DNA from: Marsupella aquatica
Taxonomy: Eukaryota > Plantae > Marchantiophyta
NCBI GenBank assembly: GCA_973895155.1
Contig: OZ316896.1
Span: forward strand, 21,148,152-21,212,151
Direction: 5' to 3'
DNA length: 64,000 nucleotides
The position numbers and the translations under genes were made by a program. Each line of letters starts with the position of its first letter. Positions within the stretch are counted from its first letter, which is position 1. The notes beneath the pieces are model-generated. The model was not told the origin of the DNA. It did no database searches and worked only from the letters and a program-made list of their open reading frames with translations. Below are positions 61,773 through 64,000 of this stretch, in pieces.

Positions 61773-64000
61773 GCTCCCTATCATTCTGCAAGGAGCAGCT
61801 GTAGAAACTTCAGGACCTCTGCAAAAATCGAACATGATGGAAGGATATGCCCAGGTCTCGACCTTTCTGCAAGGAGCAGTCCAACCTCCAGTACCTATGG
61901 ACATGATAGGAGGACGTGGCCATTTTCGGCACCTCATGCTCCAGACACCGCTACGTTGTTGGCACCTGATGCTCGATACACGGCTGCTTCAGAAAGGGAC
62001 TATGCAAAAGGGAAGTGGGTCATACTTTGCGACAGACATTAGACTCTTCCGTAAGTGGAGGGAACAGCAAAGATAAGATGGAGAGACCCCAATGTCGTTC
62101 TCTACGGCATGATGAGCCTGAGACATTAGTTAGGCTCATTGAGTCTTTGACGCTGGACAGTCAGTAAGAGTCGAAAAGGAATGCACGGCTCAACTTCATT
62201 GAGAATTGGGGAACAATACTTAACTGCGCACACTCAACGCGCTAGCAAAGTATGCCTACACTTGATTCTAAGGTGATCTAACTGTAGAGATGAAGATCAA
62301 TATATTGGACGAGAGACACAAGGGCGCGCCAGGAGTATAGGTACATGAACGTAATCATTCTTAGTCCACAGGCTCCCTTGGACAGTCACATGCACGCAGC
62401 ACCAGGCGCAGCACCACCCTGAATTTCTGATTCCTTGGCATACGAAACATGACCAGTGACCTTATTGCACGGGCAAGGTATGTATCAGCTAGATGCCCAG
62501 ACAAATGTAACAAATGTCGAGGAGGGTGATCGTTGGATGGAAAGCTAGACAATGGTCTGTCATTAATTATTGTAAGCGCGCGCAGTCTTACTAACTAATA
62601 CCGCGACTAGTCAGGGACCGATACAATATGTTTTTGCCAACAGTGTCACACTTACTTCTAGTTTGGACCGACTGCTTTTGATATGTATTTGTGCCTGCAC
62701 TTTGACGTCCATGAATGATGACCAATGTTTATATAGCTACCTTGGATGCTTGTTTGTATGTAAATACACATACTGCACATCGATTCTATGAAAATAAGAT
62801 ACAAATGTTTTGATTTGGCACCTCACCTGATTAGGAATCAATCTTAGAACTGACCGTGAGGCTATAGTTTTAGGCAGTTACTTTCTCTTTGGCATGAGAG
62901 ATCATCTTCATGAACTCTAGGTATGTACCGTGGGCCTCAGGCCACCGCCCTAAACCCTAAATTTAGACCCCCTTGTGAGCCACTCCTTTTCTAGTATATA
63001 TGGAATTATACTCCTAGTATTTGGAAACAGTTGTCGTGCGAGAGTGGATTGTTATCATTACCCACCACAATGCCCTGTGCAAGCCGGCTAGGGTATTATG
63101 GTAGTTTAGGTTCATCATTTAGAGGTGGGAGATGGTAGATGTGCTTGGTGTTCTGTTATCTAAGCAAGCATTCTCCTCTTAGTAACACTTTGGGCAGTGT
63201 TCTTGTAGCAAACCCTTATAAATTTAAACCATGAACCCTAAACTCTAAATTGTTCAAGTGGGCCAGGGTACAGATCAACCATTCAAACAGTCTAGCCACA
63301 TCAGTTCTCCCTTGTATCCAATGGTCCAGGTTAATACCGTTGTGTTTCCAGGCAAAGCTCCCATCCTCCATAACCTCAACCTGGGTCTGGATCAATCCAA
63401 ACAAAACCCAAACCTCCAAACAGTGAAGGTTACAATACTCCTTTTGGACAATAGTTGTGTGACCCAAGTATTCTACAAATTGTATATAGTTTGTCACTCA
63501 AGTGAACAAGTGATATAATGATGCATGTACTATATGGCCGTTTGCACACCTCGCCCTTCCTTCCATATAAAAAATTTGCCACATATTAATTTGGTATATT
63601 TGGTAGAGTTTTGGATAAATAGAAAGGTATTCTGGAATACATGTGTACAGGTTGTTTACTTGTACTTGATCCAGCTGGCAAAATTATCCCAAGATGGATA
63701 AAATGCACCCTGAATAGTTTTCATGTACTTCCACTATTAGAGATTAAAGGAATGAGGGTGAGGGCTTGTGCATGACACGCACTTGATATATAGAAGACAC
63801 TGACTCAAGATCAAGGTGACACTCACCAAAATGCAAGACAACTTGAGCCGGCTACGGTTTGACTGTTAAAATTAAGTGTCACAAGGAGGATATGCATGGT
63901 CGAGGAGTTGGGGATTTCCCCACCTGACTTGGTGAATCAGTGTACCATAACAAAGAAGTGGGGATTCCGGACATCTTAGGGAATTTGGTTGAAAATACCC

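Noticed and set aside
58000-64000. Host gene exons
   Set aside because: Only short ORFs without recognisable motifs apart from the zinc knuckle; not supportable from sequence alone.

Overview
Eukaryotic, almost entirely transposon-derived window. Spliceosomal GT-AG introns, CACTA, LINE and LTR-type sequence and CCCTAAA repeats point to a land plant, probably a non-seed plant (inference). No rRNA, tRNA, CRISPR array or clear housekeeping gene was found. Terminal repeats and target-site duplications (TSDs) resolve two nests. Nest 1: a gene-bearing TG...CA LTR-like element (family X, about 1760-30787) has been entered by a 295-bp MITE, a 12.6-kb Sola-like (DUF7869-type) DNA transposon, a 10.9-kb CACTA element and a 1.4-kb element with an 8-bp TSD. 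An uninterrupted 3.2-kb X copy with a 5-bp TSD lies at 32035-35212, and a related 4.8-kb unit (Y) follows it. Nest 2: an L1-like LINE is split inside its reverse transcriptase (RT) by an 11.8-kb Sola2 element. Each large DNA transposon carries chromatin- or DNA-related cargo. The Sola-like element carries a ParB-like domain, a beta-class N4/N6 DNA-methyltransferase-like module and an FCP1-like phosphatase, next to palindrome arrays. The CACTA element carries a SET domain inside its transposase gene. The Sola2 element carries a plant-transposon-domain/RING-H2 gene and an RPA-like OB fold. Most ORFs have premature stops or frameshifts. All domain calls were made by eye from motifs; no database search was run.
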